Assembly: GCF_000315625.1 (NCBI RefSeq) | Contig: NW_005434586.1 | Location: 293,184-357,183 of the forward strand | Source: Guillardia theta CCMP2712 | Taxonomy: Eukaryota > Protista > Cryptophyta | Length of the DNA: 64,000 nucleotides | Reading direction: 5' to 3' | Shown: positions 10,690 through 21,434 of the stretch, in pieces | Position numbering within the stretch: position 1 is the stretch's first letter | Layout: each line of letters opens with the position of its first letter | The notes under the pieces: generated by a model | Seen by the model: only the letters and a program-made list of their open reading frames with translations | Databases searched by the model: none | Told to the model about the DNA's origin: nothing | Translations under genes and position numbers: made by a program

Positions 10690-12480
10690 AGCACGACCTC
10701 ATTCATGTAGGAGGTACTCGCTGCCTTTTCTTGCCCCTACCATACTTTTCTCTTGCATTTTGACTCGATGGTACGAGGTATCGAGTTTTCAATTGAGGGA
10801 CGTGATATGTATCACATTCCTACCGAGGCTACGGCCATGGGCATCTCTGAGAGGGTAGTAGGGTATTCGAACTTGGATGGTTGAGGTGCTGGGTGGTGGG
10901 AGGAGGAGAACTTGAAGACAGGTTCATGATAGCCGTTCAAATTGATTCTTGTTAGTAGCGAACGTTTCAAATTACATCGAGATGTTTCAACTAACACACC
11001 ACAAATTAAAACACAAATGGAGACCCCCAATCGTTGAACTGGGGTTCTTCCTGACCACCACCGGTCTGCCCTTGTACCCACCCTGGGCCCTTGAAAATGC
11101 TTTGTACGACCAGGGTCCAAAAGAAGCCAAAAACCGTTTTTTTGTCGGTTGAAGTTTTTTCCATTCGAGGTAGTAGTACCCCCACCCTCCTAGTCATTCC
11201 CTTCTTGGGTGTACCAATGGAGGAACCCCTTGCTGTCCATGGATGCGAGCATCTCATCTACCCACCGGTCTTCTGCCCTCGTTGAGGCATCGATCACCCC
11301 CCAGGCTAGGTCCATAAGATAGTCCAGGTGGTCGTTGATGATCTGCTCAGCCGTCTCCACCTCCTCTAGGGTTCGTCTCACCTCGTTGCTCCTCGCACCC
11401 ACCCTCAGGGTCCCTACCGCCGGCGCCGTCGGCTCCGTCTCGACCGGAGTCGTTTGCTGGGGTACCACCACCACCCCCTCACTCGTATCGCCCCTCTGGT
11501 TACCGTTGCCGTTGACGGTACCCCTCCTCCTCTTGTTGCCTCCCTTCTTGGATTGCCTGCGACGCTTCTCCGGCATCTCGATACCTTTCAAGTGCTTGTT
11601 CGATTCTACTGGGTACCACCGGTCAATACCCGAGAGACCACCGGTCAATACCCGAGAGGCAGCGCAGCCTTTGCGATCAACACCCGCGGATGGGGAAGGG
11701 GGTGGTACAGAAATGAAGTGAGCACCACGAAATCAGCAGAACCACGAGATCAAATCACGAAATCACTGCACTGCGCAGGTACGATGTCGTGGGGTGGTGG
11801 GTTCAAGGGCGATAGAGAACGAGGACGTGGAGGAGTTGGTATGTGGATTGGAGCACGAGGTCGTGGGGTCAAGGGTATGTGCAGGGCTAGACTTGAAAAA
11901 ACTAAGGGTTTTAGGGGGGTGGCATGGGAGTGGGCGGAGGTGATGGTTTGGAGCTCCTCTTTTCCTTTTATAGCCCTCGGAGGGGTGGTAACACGTGCAA
12001 AGGCTCAGTTTACTACATATATAATATTTTAAGATTTGCTCCTGTTTGCGAATTCACATCTCTCAGGGGGTGGGGTGGGTACCCCCCACCTCCCGATGGG
12101 GTGTATCAACAGGTCTAAAACACCGGCCCGACGAAACGATGCGTTCGTGTGAAGTTAAAAAAGGGAGTTATAAACTCATGCCACCTTACCCCCTCAGAGT
12201 GTACCCCCTTCTCTCCATCTTCTACCCCTGCAATGAAGAGCTTTCCCATCACCGGTGTCCTTGGAGCGTTTCTGCTGGATGGGTCAAAGGAGGGGGTAGG
12301 GGTACTCCCAAAAAAAAACCAACCTGCACCCCACCCATCGAATTGATAAGATATACAGGGGTGAAATCTGTCTCGACCATCAAGGGGTGGTGACTACCCC
12401 CTGTTTGTGGTGTACAGAGAGGATTGTAAAGGGGGTACAGACTTCTGTTCGACCACCCGTTCACAATGATATTCCTTTAG
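10690..12480. other. (T)ACCCC/GGGGT(A)-rich, GpC-poor intergenic tract (type B)
   Basis: Dense tacccc/accccc/ggggt/gggta words and few GC dinucleotides by eye. The same texture occurs at about 24000-24690, 39200-40330, 48450-48900, 51780-52200 and 62750-63800. Confidence 0.7.
11190..11576 (-). CDS. Intronless hypothetical ORF (128 aa), basic N-terminus and acidic C-terminus
   Basis: MPEKRRRQSKKGGNKRRR...EEVETAEQIINDHLDYLMDLAWGVID; no domain recognised; lies within the type B tract. Confidence 0.35.
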   Translation of the reverse strand: MPEKRRRQSKKGGNKRRRGTVNGNGNQRGDTSEGVVVVPQQTTPVETEPTAPAVGTLRVGARSNEVRRTLEEVETAEQIINDHLDYLMDLAWGVIDASTRAEDRWVDEMLASMDSKGFLHWYTQEGND

Positions 12481-13309
12481 GGAGTGGGTGACACAGGCGG
12501 CAAACAAGTGTGCGAAGATGGCGCGGCGCCTGTGGAATGGGGATCGGTGAAGGGAGTGCGCGGCAACTTAAAGGCTAGGTAACACTAGGAGATGACGTGA
12601 CAAGACTACTGCCGTTTGATGGTTGTCATGTGATTGAGGAGATTTTCTTGTCTTTGCGTGCGTCATCCATGATATTACAAGTTTGCTATCGGCGGAGACT
12701 AGAGATGCAGAGGATAAATTATCAGAGACACCGGCAAGACTTCGGTCAACGATGACTAGAAGAACTATTCCTAACTACTCTAGTTTGGATTTTTGCCTGC
12801 GTTGTCTGAAATGGGGTGGATGCATCACTTTAGTTCCTTCAACTTCGTCAAACAGCAGTTTGTGTGGATCCGTAGGATGAACGAACGATCGGAGGAAAGT
12901 TAAATGAGTATAGCTGGATTGCAAATTTATTTCATCTTCATGCATGGCTTGATAAAGTAAAATAAACTTCCTAGCACTGCCTTCATCTCTACCGTTCAAT
13001 TATCTTTTTGTACCCCCTTCACAAAGAAATGTCCTAGTACTTCGCTTCGTACCAACTCAGTCCATGCAAAGGTATCGCAATCATTGGAGAGAGATCTGGA
13101 AACTCTAAACATGATGTTGGCTACTATCACAAACCTATCTATTCCTTGCCCTATTGTAAGCAATCCGCAGCAGTTGCATGCAAAATCATCATTTACAAGA
13201 AAACCTTGGTAACTGCATGCGATTTCAACATTCACAAGAAAATCCTGGAAGATTCATGCTTGGTTGAATCAGTGCGGACTGCGGCAGCCGCTCTAAGTCA
13301 GTTACTTTC

Positions 13310-13823
13310 GATTGTCAAATTTTCGCTGGCAAAGAACGCAAACATGCACTCAAATTCCAGGGGGCAATTTTGCCCAATGGCATAGGGTTATGTTGGGGAC
13401 CATGGAGAGGCACCAATCATGACGCAACTATGAAAGTTTCACGAGACAAGAATCGTACAGGATTTGGATCGTGTACATGACGAAACCGGTTTGGTCTATT
13501 CTGCCTTTGCAGATGGTGCGTATCCATGTGGACCCTACATGCAGCGGGTTGAGAAGCCTGAACATGGTGGACAACTTACGCAATTTGAACGCAGGTACAA
13601 CGCACTGATGTCTAGGTTTCGTATTGTAATCGAGAACATGTATGGGGAGATATCCAACTATTTTGCTATACTGAAGCATCCCCAGAACTTGCGATTGGGG
13701 TCGCAACAGGTTGGGAATCTTTCTCCATTGGCAACTTTGTTCTACAACATTCGCGGAATATTTTATGGCAATCAGACCAGTGCATATCTGGAGACAGAAG
13801 AATTACTTCTCAGCATGAGTTGA
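13310..13823 (+). pseudogene. DDE_Tnp_4 (Harbinger/HARBI1-like) transposase fragment, frameshifted
   Basis: IFAGKERKHALKFQGAILPNGIGLCWGPWRGTNHDATM, then a frameshift to FADGAYP...ERRYNALMSRFRIVIENMYGEISNYF..LFYNIRGIFYGNQTSAY. Confidence 0.85.
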
Positions 13824-14356
13824 CATCTGCTCCTGTAATACTTGCCAGAAGGCTGGCGGGAAGTTCGATGCCTTTGGATTTGCATTCCATAAATGATTGA
13901 ATGACTTTATGTAGTGATTCTGCTCTTTGAGCCTCAAACTTGATCCTTTTGGTCTCATTGCGCATAGAAGCATCCTGCTGAACCAAAGAATAAAATCTAT
14001 CATCACTTCTCTTGAAATAATCCAGCATTTCAGAATAATCCAGCATATCAGATTGTTCCTCGGCGGCGATGGTAGCTCTGTGTTTATCACACTGCTGGTT
14101 GTACTTTGCCTTCATATCCGCCAATGTCAGATACAATTCGTCCATTCTGGTCAACTCATTCCCTCCATTTTGAGCCAACCTCAAATGATTCTCCGTCCCT
14201 GTTGCGCAAAACACGTCTCTGGTATCCGTCTTGTCCAGGCAACCCTTTGAAACTCAACCGGGTGGCATTACAGGCGGCAGATGCCTGATTACTCACTTGT
14301 GCAACCTGTGGTGCGTGAGATAAAGTGTCCGCCCCCGCACCATCGCCCTCTGCCAT
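13810..14356 (-). pseudogene. Probable Harbinger ORF2 (DNA-binding partner), disrupted
   Basis: MAEGDGAGADT... followed, after a break, by DMKAKYNQQCDKHRATIAAEEQ...; overlaps the transposase 3' end convergently. A Myb/SANT fold was not directly verified. Confidence 0.5.
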
Positions 14357-14399
14357 GATGGTGCGCGGGAAAATTTTAAAATTCGAATTTTCGCTCACC

Positions 14400-14600
14400 G
14401 GGCGCCGTCGGAATTCAGAGGCATGGAACTTCCGAATGCTCAGCGGCCGGCCCGCGGCCCCCGAGCCTCGGACTCCGCCACTCAGTGCGGGCCGCCGCCG
14501 GGTCGATGCGGCCGCGGGCCCGGCCTCCGAGTCTCGGACTGAGCAGCGAGTCCGACTAGAGTCAAGTTCATGCGTGACCTTTACTCAAAGTTAAATTAAA
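14400..14600. other. GC-rich palindrome island (type A)
   Basis: gcggccgc/ggcccgg/gactc/actcagt words, ending in aagtt-rich sequence. Confidence 0.65.
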
Positions 14601-15026
14601 AATCAGTACGAGGACAATAATGAGAGTCGAGGAGGCTTGACCCTGACACTGTCGCACAGGCCAACCGGCGAGAAGAGAAAGACAGCGAGAACCAAACCTA
14701 ATCCTGTGTCCGTACGGTACTGGTACAGTAGGCCCGCCTAGCCGAAGACGTCCCAACGGCTCCACCTGCCCTCTTCCGAGTTCCTGATCTGGTCATGGCG
14801 CTCCCTTGGCTTGCTGCCAACTCGCGTCCTCCGAGCCTCTGCTAGCATCTCACAGTCTCCCTTGAACCCTAGCCCGGGCTGCATGCTCACTGGCATGCGT
14901 GGTTGATGTGTGCGTGCTGCCAGCCGTTGCCAGTTGACTGGAGGACCTCAGGGACACAGAGCTTCATCGGTTTCATTGATCTGCGTGAAAACCTGACAGA
15001 GGGCTAGCGGGACTCAGCAGGGGACA

Positions 15027-16603
15027 TGGAGCTGCAGGAAGAGAGCTTCGAGAGCTTCGAGTCGCTGCATGCCTTCTCGTGAGTCGCAGCGTCCCTGACG
15101 TCAGGAGCTGATCTTTGATCTCCCAGCTTCGATCAGAAACTCGACAAGCTGCAAGGAGTGTCGGCCAGCGTCTCGCGAACCCTCCAACATGATCTCGGGG
15201 TACAGCGGCAGAGTATGATGAGGAAGTGGGGGAGAGGTGATAGTGCTGTAGGTTCAGGATACGGTAGGATCTCTGTTCTCATTCCTTTGCATCCACGACG
15301 ATTATCTCGATCGAATCTTGGAGAAGCATGTAGCTCTTCTTGAGAGCGTGCGACGTGATTGACCTTGTGTGCTGAAGATTCCAGTGCCAAAAAGGACGCA
15401 CTTTGTTCAGGATCTAACGGAGAAACTAAGTGAATCGTCTCTTGCTCTGTGCCCGCCACTCCTCACCACCGAGTTTGCATGGAACCACAGCCAGCGCAAG
15501 AGCAGAGATGTACGTCGAAGAGTTTCTGCCGAGTCAACATGCCGACAAGCCTCGTACTGCTGGTAGCGTCATGACAGACAGATGTCGCTCATGCGGTGTA
15601 ATGGTTTGTTTCAGCCGCTCGGAAGACGAGGAAGGGGTTCGTGAGCAAGCTCCGCAGCAAGACGAAGAGCAACGGCGAGGTAACCTTACTCGTCCTCCTC
15701 ACTGGGGCTGACCTCTTCCCTCGCAGCAGAGGATCGGGGAGCGACGAGGAGCTATGTACCTCGAGAACGATCGGAAGCTTCACCTGCTGTGGCGGGTGCT
15801 GCCGACTACCATAAGAGCAGCAGGCAACGTTCTCTGCCGTGCCTGTCGCCTCCTGTGACGGAGGGCGGGCAGGGATCACCGTTGGAAAGTTCAGTAGCGA
15901 GGAGAAGAGAAGAGCAGCTTTCTGCGCAGAGGATGATGGGAGCCTTCAGGGAGGGTTTCTATGCGCAGTGAGAGGCTCAAAGGTGTTTGTTGCAAGTGAT
16001 GATGCTGCCCGTGACACGTTCTATCAGTACAAACTTCATGCTGAGGTCGCTACGGGAACTGAAGCTTCTCAAGACCTCGTAGCTCTGCTGAACAAGGTGG
16101 TCGAACGAGTGTTGTTGACATGGAGGAGAGGGAGGAGGGAGGGAAGAACGAGAGAGGAGAGGAAAGCAGGATATGGGCAGGAGGAGAAAGGAGGGGAAGG
16201 AAGAGACGGCAAGAGGGCTGGGGATCGAGGAGGAACGAGGAAGAAGATCTGACTTGATCCCAGTACCAAGGGAGTGTGAACAAGTACCCGGACAGACGAG
16301 CTTTCTTCAAGGCGCTGGTGGGGCTGGTGGTGGATGGTGATTGTCTGATGCAACAAATGAAGGCGGAATCTTCGATTGGAGCTTGCGAGATCCGCAAGAA
16401 GCTCGACGAAGAGAAACGAACTTTCATCATGCTCGCTGACATACATGTACTAAACCTGACATTCTTCTTCCTCTTATCCTCCTCCTCCTCCTCCTCTTCC
16501 CGCTCGCCTACACCCTTCTTTCTTGCTGATTCCTTTTCTCCTGTATACCTCATTGCTCTTGCCTGAGTTTGATGCCCTCAAGGCGGCGCTGCAAAAGATG
16601 TGA
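15027..16603 (+). CDS. Multi-exon hypothetical protein
   Basis: MELQEESFESFESLHAF|FDQKLDKLQG...GKFSSEEKRRAAFCAEDDG...YPDRRAFFKALVGLVVDGD...IMLADIH|FDALKAALQKM*; the start may lie further upstream. Confidence 0.55.
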
Positions 16604-16646
16604 AGGCCCTTCACTTGGTCGACCAGGCGGCGAACTGCGATGCTTG

Positions 16647-18026
16647 TCATGCCTGCAGCATGGCGCGCTGCCCGTCACCTTGCTCTCCTTGTGCTGGGTC
16701 TTGGCCTGTCTCAGCTGCTGTCGCGCTAGAGCAATGCAGGAGCGAACGCCCGTCGGCTGTCGGAGAGTCAGGAGAGAGCAAGAGGCCAAGCTTCACCTGA
16801 GAGGCGGCGAGATTGTTGCGAGGTCTGGAATGAAGAGGAGGAAGAGAAGGACTGGTGGGGCTGTGCTGCGTGAGCTGAGTGGCGACCATGGCATGCTCAC
16901 CTGGACACTTGCTGGGATCTGCCCTCCTGCTCCTCCTGCTCCTCCTGCTCGTGCTGTCAAGTGAGGTTGATCGCAGTGGTGAGGGTTCGAGGACCTTGTC
17001 AGGATACAGGAAAGAAGTCTTGAGGTCGTCGAGGTAGATGCGGATGAAGAAGTCGACGTCGCTGGCCGTCATGTTCCCTTGCGTCTTGTGGGGGTCGCGG
17101 ACGTGCAGCAACTTGCGGTCAAGGAGAGCTGCGGGGGTGAGATATTCCTGACATTCGTCAGCGACTTCAGTCCGGCGACCTCAGGGGAGTTGCACATGGA
17201 AAGGATCTCTTGCGGGATCTGAACAGAGTTTGAGAAAGAAGAGGTCATGCCTGCCGCAGAGGTACGTCTGCATGTCCGATCAGAGACAGCAAGGCAGAAG
17301 TGCGTGCTAAAACTCGTACGCCGGTCTCTAAGCTTGGAAGCCAAACGACGAAGACGTCAGGGAATAATTTGTCCGACGATTTCAGGATCTCGAGTACAAT
17401 CATGCCGGGTGTGGAAGAAAAGGTTGACAACCTTCTTGACGACTCCGACGGAATCCTTGAAGGCTGATTTCGATGGCGTATGTATCTTAGCAGCGAAATC
17501 TGAAGCATTTTTGTCTCAACCTCTCGTCAAGGAGCGTCCAGTGCTGCCCTACCTGTCTCTTGGCTTGGATCCAGCATCTCAACCCTGTGACCCACCTGCG
17601 TAATGAATCAGAATCAGAATCAGAATCAGAATCAGAATCAGAAAACTTCACCACCATCACCAGCACCACTACCACCACCTACCTCCAACTCCTCCTCCTC
17701 CTCCTCCTCAGCACCTGGGGGAAGCAATCACGGCCAAGGATCAGCGTCCTTGGCTTGGGGCTGATGGTAACGTAAGAGGGCACGAGAGCGGGGAAGGGCT
17801 TCACGTCGAATCTAGTTCGAGCTCGTAGACAGGGCGGGGGAGGTGGGAGCTGTGTCCGCGCTTGCGGGAACCTGGAAAACTCGTCACAAATGCTGGCGTC
17901 GATTCTCTCCCTCTCTCACCTGTCCCATCGCACAGAAGCAAGCTTCCCGTATGGGCTGCTACCCAACTTGTTTTTGAAAACACGTGGTTTCGATGGGGGG
18001 CAGAGCTTTTCTCCCGTTGAAACCAT
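16647..18026 (-). CDS. Multi-exon hypothetical protein (internal exon phases unresolved)
   Basis: MVSTGEKLCPPSKPRVFKNKLG...WDR|FPQ...LILGRDCFPQ|...HVRDPHKTQGNMTASDVDFFIRIYLDDLKTSFLYPDK; clear GT-AG introns. Confidence 0.45.
17605..17643. repeat. (GAATCA)n microsatellite in an intron
   Basis: About 6 copies immediately upstream of a minus-strand 3' splice site. Confidence 0.95.
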
Positions 18027-18079
18027 GCATTCACCATCTATGTCTAGTCGCACCTTTTTAACTCCTCCTTGATACACCT

Positions 18080-19250
18080 TGATACCAGTCGGACCGTGGC
18101 AAGACTGTCGGAGGTGCCGCTGTGCCGTGTCGAGGTCGTGGGCCGTCGCACCGCACTGCACGCGCCGGCGGCCCGGCGGGCAGGCCGGGCGCCGCCGAGC
18201 CGGAGCCCGGCGGAGTCGAGTCCGATCGCCGGGCGGCCCGGCCCGGGACCCGGGACCGGGCCCCGACGGTGACCGCCGGGGTCACCGGCTGAGTGACCGT
18301 CACTCAGCCGTGACACCGTGACAGTCACTGTCACCCGCTCACACCCGGGCCGGGCCACTGATACGATGCCGGACTCCGGGAGGCTCTGACTCAGTGAGAA
18401 GAGAACGAAGTTGACTTGAAGGACTCCGTGCGCCGCGCTGCGACCGGGTATGACTCAGTTGTACCGTACGGTCGGCCGCGGGCCCGGGCCGGGGCGGTAG
18501 GGCCTGCCAGGCTCAGGATGGTACCACCGTGACCGTGACTCGGCGGCGGCACTGGCTGCGGCCATAATGCATTGCCAGGCCGCCGGGCCCCCGGCGCCGC
18601 GCGGGCCGCCGCTGAGAGCCACGTGACCGTCGACGGTCACGGGGTGCTGTGCTGCCATTAGCCTGTGACGCCGCATCCCGAGTCCCGGCTTACCGTAGTA
18701 CCTTACTAGTTACCGGGCCCCGGCGGCCCCGGCGGCCCGGCCCGCGGGCCGGGGGACTCCCGGACTCGGGGGCGTGGACCGTACTCAGTCAACGGGGGCC
18801 TGGCGGCTGCTGGCAGGCAGTGGCTAACCGTGAATTGAACCGCCGCGGCCGGCGCGGCCGCCGCCAGTCACTGACACCGGCCCGGGCCACAGCCGCTTTC
18901 ACAGTGACGGTTCAAACCGTGAACGGTTGCCGCCTGGGGCCGGGCCGCCCCGCCCCGGCCGGGCATCCGATGATCCGGCGACTCGACCGTGCTGCGGTAC
19001 GGTAGGAGCCTCGGAGGCTAAATCTCGGCGAGTCGGCCCGGCCCGATCAGTACCCGGTACGGTCATGTGATTGGACGCGGCCGCCGGCCCGGCCGCCCGG
19101 CCCGGCCGGCCCCGGGCCGAACTTGAATCGGAGGTCATTGCCAGAAGTTGAGAGTCGGCCATGATGACGGCGCCGGGCGGTGCCGTGCGTCACTGCCGGC
19201 CCAACTCGCCTGCGGCGGTTTTGGCCTTTTAAACAAATTGTACCGGAGCG
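18080..19250. other. GC-rich palindrome island (type A) between divergent genes
   Basis: Repeated GGCCCGGG/CCGCGG/GCGGCCGC, GTGAC/GTCAC and ACGGT/ACCGT words; TGACTCAG at 18387 and 18451. Confidence 0.75.
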
Positions 19251-19492
19251 ATGAGATATGAAATTTCGAAAAAGAGTCGATTTTCGAAAAGACATCTCTT
19301 CATCAGACTCCTGGCCAGATTGACTGGAAGCTGACTGGCCGTTTTTGCGTGCTACGTGCACAGCCAAGTACAGACCCCTCACTACCCCCATCTCCACCCT
19401 ACTTTGTCTTCCTTTGCTACCAACTCCATCGTCGTCAACCATCAAAGAGCACGATTTCCAAAGCTTCTCCATCACTTGTTGTTGTGATATCC

Positions 19493-20032
19493 ATGTGCAG
19501 CTCTTATTGCGCACCTGATCAAACACCAAGGGCTCCTGAAAGTTCCAGCAGCGACATCAACATGCAGGACTTGAACTCAAAGATAGCTACTAGCGAGAGG
19601 TCCGTTGTCCTTCCACGAAAAAAAGGACACAGCTCCCACCTCCCCCGTCCTGTCTCCCTCGATATGGACTCCCTCTCCCGCCTCATGGACCTCCGCCAGA
19701 GCGACGCCGCCGACATCCTCGGCATCTCCCTCACGGCCCTCAAGTGCGCATGCCGCCGCATCGGTCTCAAGCGATGGCCGCGCAGCAAGCAGACCCGCAG
19801 CGACTACAGCGTGGACGCGCTGACCAAACTGCAAGCTCAAAGCCCAACCAACCTCTCCGTCCCAAGCCATTCTCACAGCCGCTGGATCTGCGAGGAGGAG
19901 CAATGTGGGGTCAGTCCGAGCAGCAACAAGCTCGAGGGTGTGGAGGAGAGGTTTACGGGGTATCAGGATGAGCTTTTCGACGAGGCGATCGAGCACGTGC
20001 AGGGGAGATATACATATTGCGGCATTCTTTGA
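19493..20032 (+). CDS. RWP-RK domain transcription factor (intronless)
   Basis: VVLPRKKG..PVSLDMDSLSRLMDLRQSDAADILGISLTALKCACRRIGLKRWPRSK; start is ATG 19493 or 19562. Confidence 0.9.
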   Translation: MCSSYCAPDQTPRAPESSSSDINMQDLNSKIATSERSVVLPRKKGHSSHLPRPVSLDMDSLSRLMDLRQSDAADILGISLTALKCACRRIGLKRWPRSKQTRSDYSVDALTKLQAQSPTNLSVPSHSHSRWICEEEQCGVSPSSNKLEGVEERFTGYQDELFDEAIEHVQGRYTYCGIL

Positions 20033-20379
20033 TTGATAGTTGGTTTATTTTTCTTTCATCTGTGGTATTTTCCCCTCTTGTGTTTTTCATCTATTAATTT
20101 TGTGCAAGCATGCATAGCAGTGTTTTGAGTACATTGCAATCTGCGATCCTGAGCATTATACAATCATGATGCCCTTGAGGGTACTCCCTTCTTTTCTAAC
20201 TTCACACGTCATCTTGTCTGTTCATATCTCGACCTTGTTGATTTATCCGTGGTTTTCATTCCTTGTTCTTGATAAACTTGCGCTTTATTTACAATGGATT
20301 TTCATTTATGACAATGATTGGTAGTTCTCCACTCACTCGTCGATCTGTACATTGCGCACAGCAGAAACAATAATTCTAT

Positions 20380-21377
20380 TTACAAACCCAACCTGCCTTC
20401 TGTTGGTGATCTGAACTTGAGTTCGTTGTGTAGAAGATTTCTGCCAACAACAGGGCAGGTCCAAACTTAGTTTCAATGAGGCAAAGAACAGTTGCGATTA
20501 CATAAATCCTTCCCCGAATGATTTTGCGAATTTCTCTACAACCAGTTTTGGCACAAGTTCATCCAGTCTTTCGTCTTCCAGTGACATAATTCCGAGCTCT
20601 TCTCCTACAGTCAGTCTGCGTCACAGCGTTGAGACTCTGATAGTGACAGTGACCTGATCGTTGCAACAGATCAAAGAAACTTTGCATGTCATACCCATAA
20701 ACATTGTCAACGTGGAGAACCTAGAGCTTGTTATGGCCCAGGAGCAACACGTCATCATCTACCTCGTGCATAAGATGTGCAGTGTCTCTTCCCACAAATG
20801 CGACATTCGGATACTCTGGGAGAAAGCACTCCTCGTAGCCCTCAGTGAACAGCGCTTGGAACCACCGCACGAACAGTTCCATCCCTTCCGACAGGACCGT
20901 ATCCAACATCCGCAGCGTGCAGAATCCTTGCAGCTGCAAACAGACATCTTCACTTTGGAGTGCATCTCCATTATGATACTTTACCTGCATAGGATAGTCG
21001 TGCTGACGGAATTCCTCGCGCTTTCGCGAACACAAGGCCGCAAACTCGTAGAGCTCTGAGAGGGTAACCCTGCCATTGCGATCGCTATCCAGAACAAACA
21101 CAGTCCCGATATGTTGCATGTCAATGGGAAGATCCTCGATGGACTGGATGTTCCGCAGCTCTGCCAGCACAAGATAGTTCCTGCCCTGCCATCACCAGCC
21201 AGGTTCACACTTCACACGACAAGGGCAAGGAGGAAGGAGGAGGAGCTCGAGCAGGAGGGTGTGCATGTTCTACAAGCTCAACATAGCAGGCAATAGCACC
21301 TGCTGTTTCAGTCGCTCGAACTCTCGTCCTATGTGGCTGCGAACATTGGCGCTCAGCACTGAGCCCCCCGCGCCCAT
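20380..21377 (-). CDS. N-myristoylated EF-hand protein (multi-exon)
   Basis: Starts MGAGGSVLSANVRSHIGREFERLKQQ|GRNYLVLAEL..; EF-hand loop DSDRNGRVTLSE; ends ..NELKFRSPTEGRLGL* at 20380. Confidence 0.85.
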
Positions 21378-21434
21378 TTCGCCCGGTCAAGAACTCATCC
21401 CCCTCATGCTGAGGCGAGGCGTGAACCGGTGAAG

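Larger units (their letters stand above)
12480..14400. mobile_element. Decayed PIF/Harbinger-like transposon with convergent transposase and ORF2
   Basis: Two-gene tail-to-tail arrangement typical of PIF/Harbinger; AT-richer than host genes. Termini not identified, so boundaries are approximate. Confidence 0.7.

Noticed and set aside
12476-12500. TTA followed by GGGAGTGGG as the Harbinger left TSD/TIR
   Set aside because: No matching inverted copy was found at the right end.
16569-16964. Plus-strand ORF with a hydrophobic stretch and LHLRGG
   Set aside because: It overlaps the ends of two better-supported genes, has no suitably placed start Met before the hydrophobic stretch, and has no downstream exons.
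18044-19162. P/G/A/R-rich ORFs in GC islands (also 30.0-30.9, 43.1-43.9 and 47.7-48.5 kb)
   Set aside because: Stop-poor GC-rich DNA gives open frames on both strands, with no domain or codon signal.
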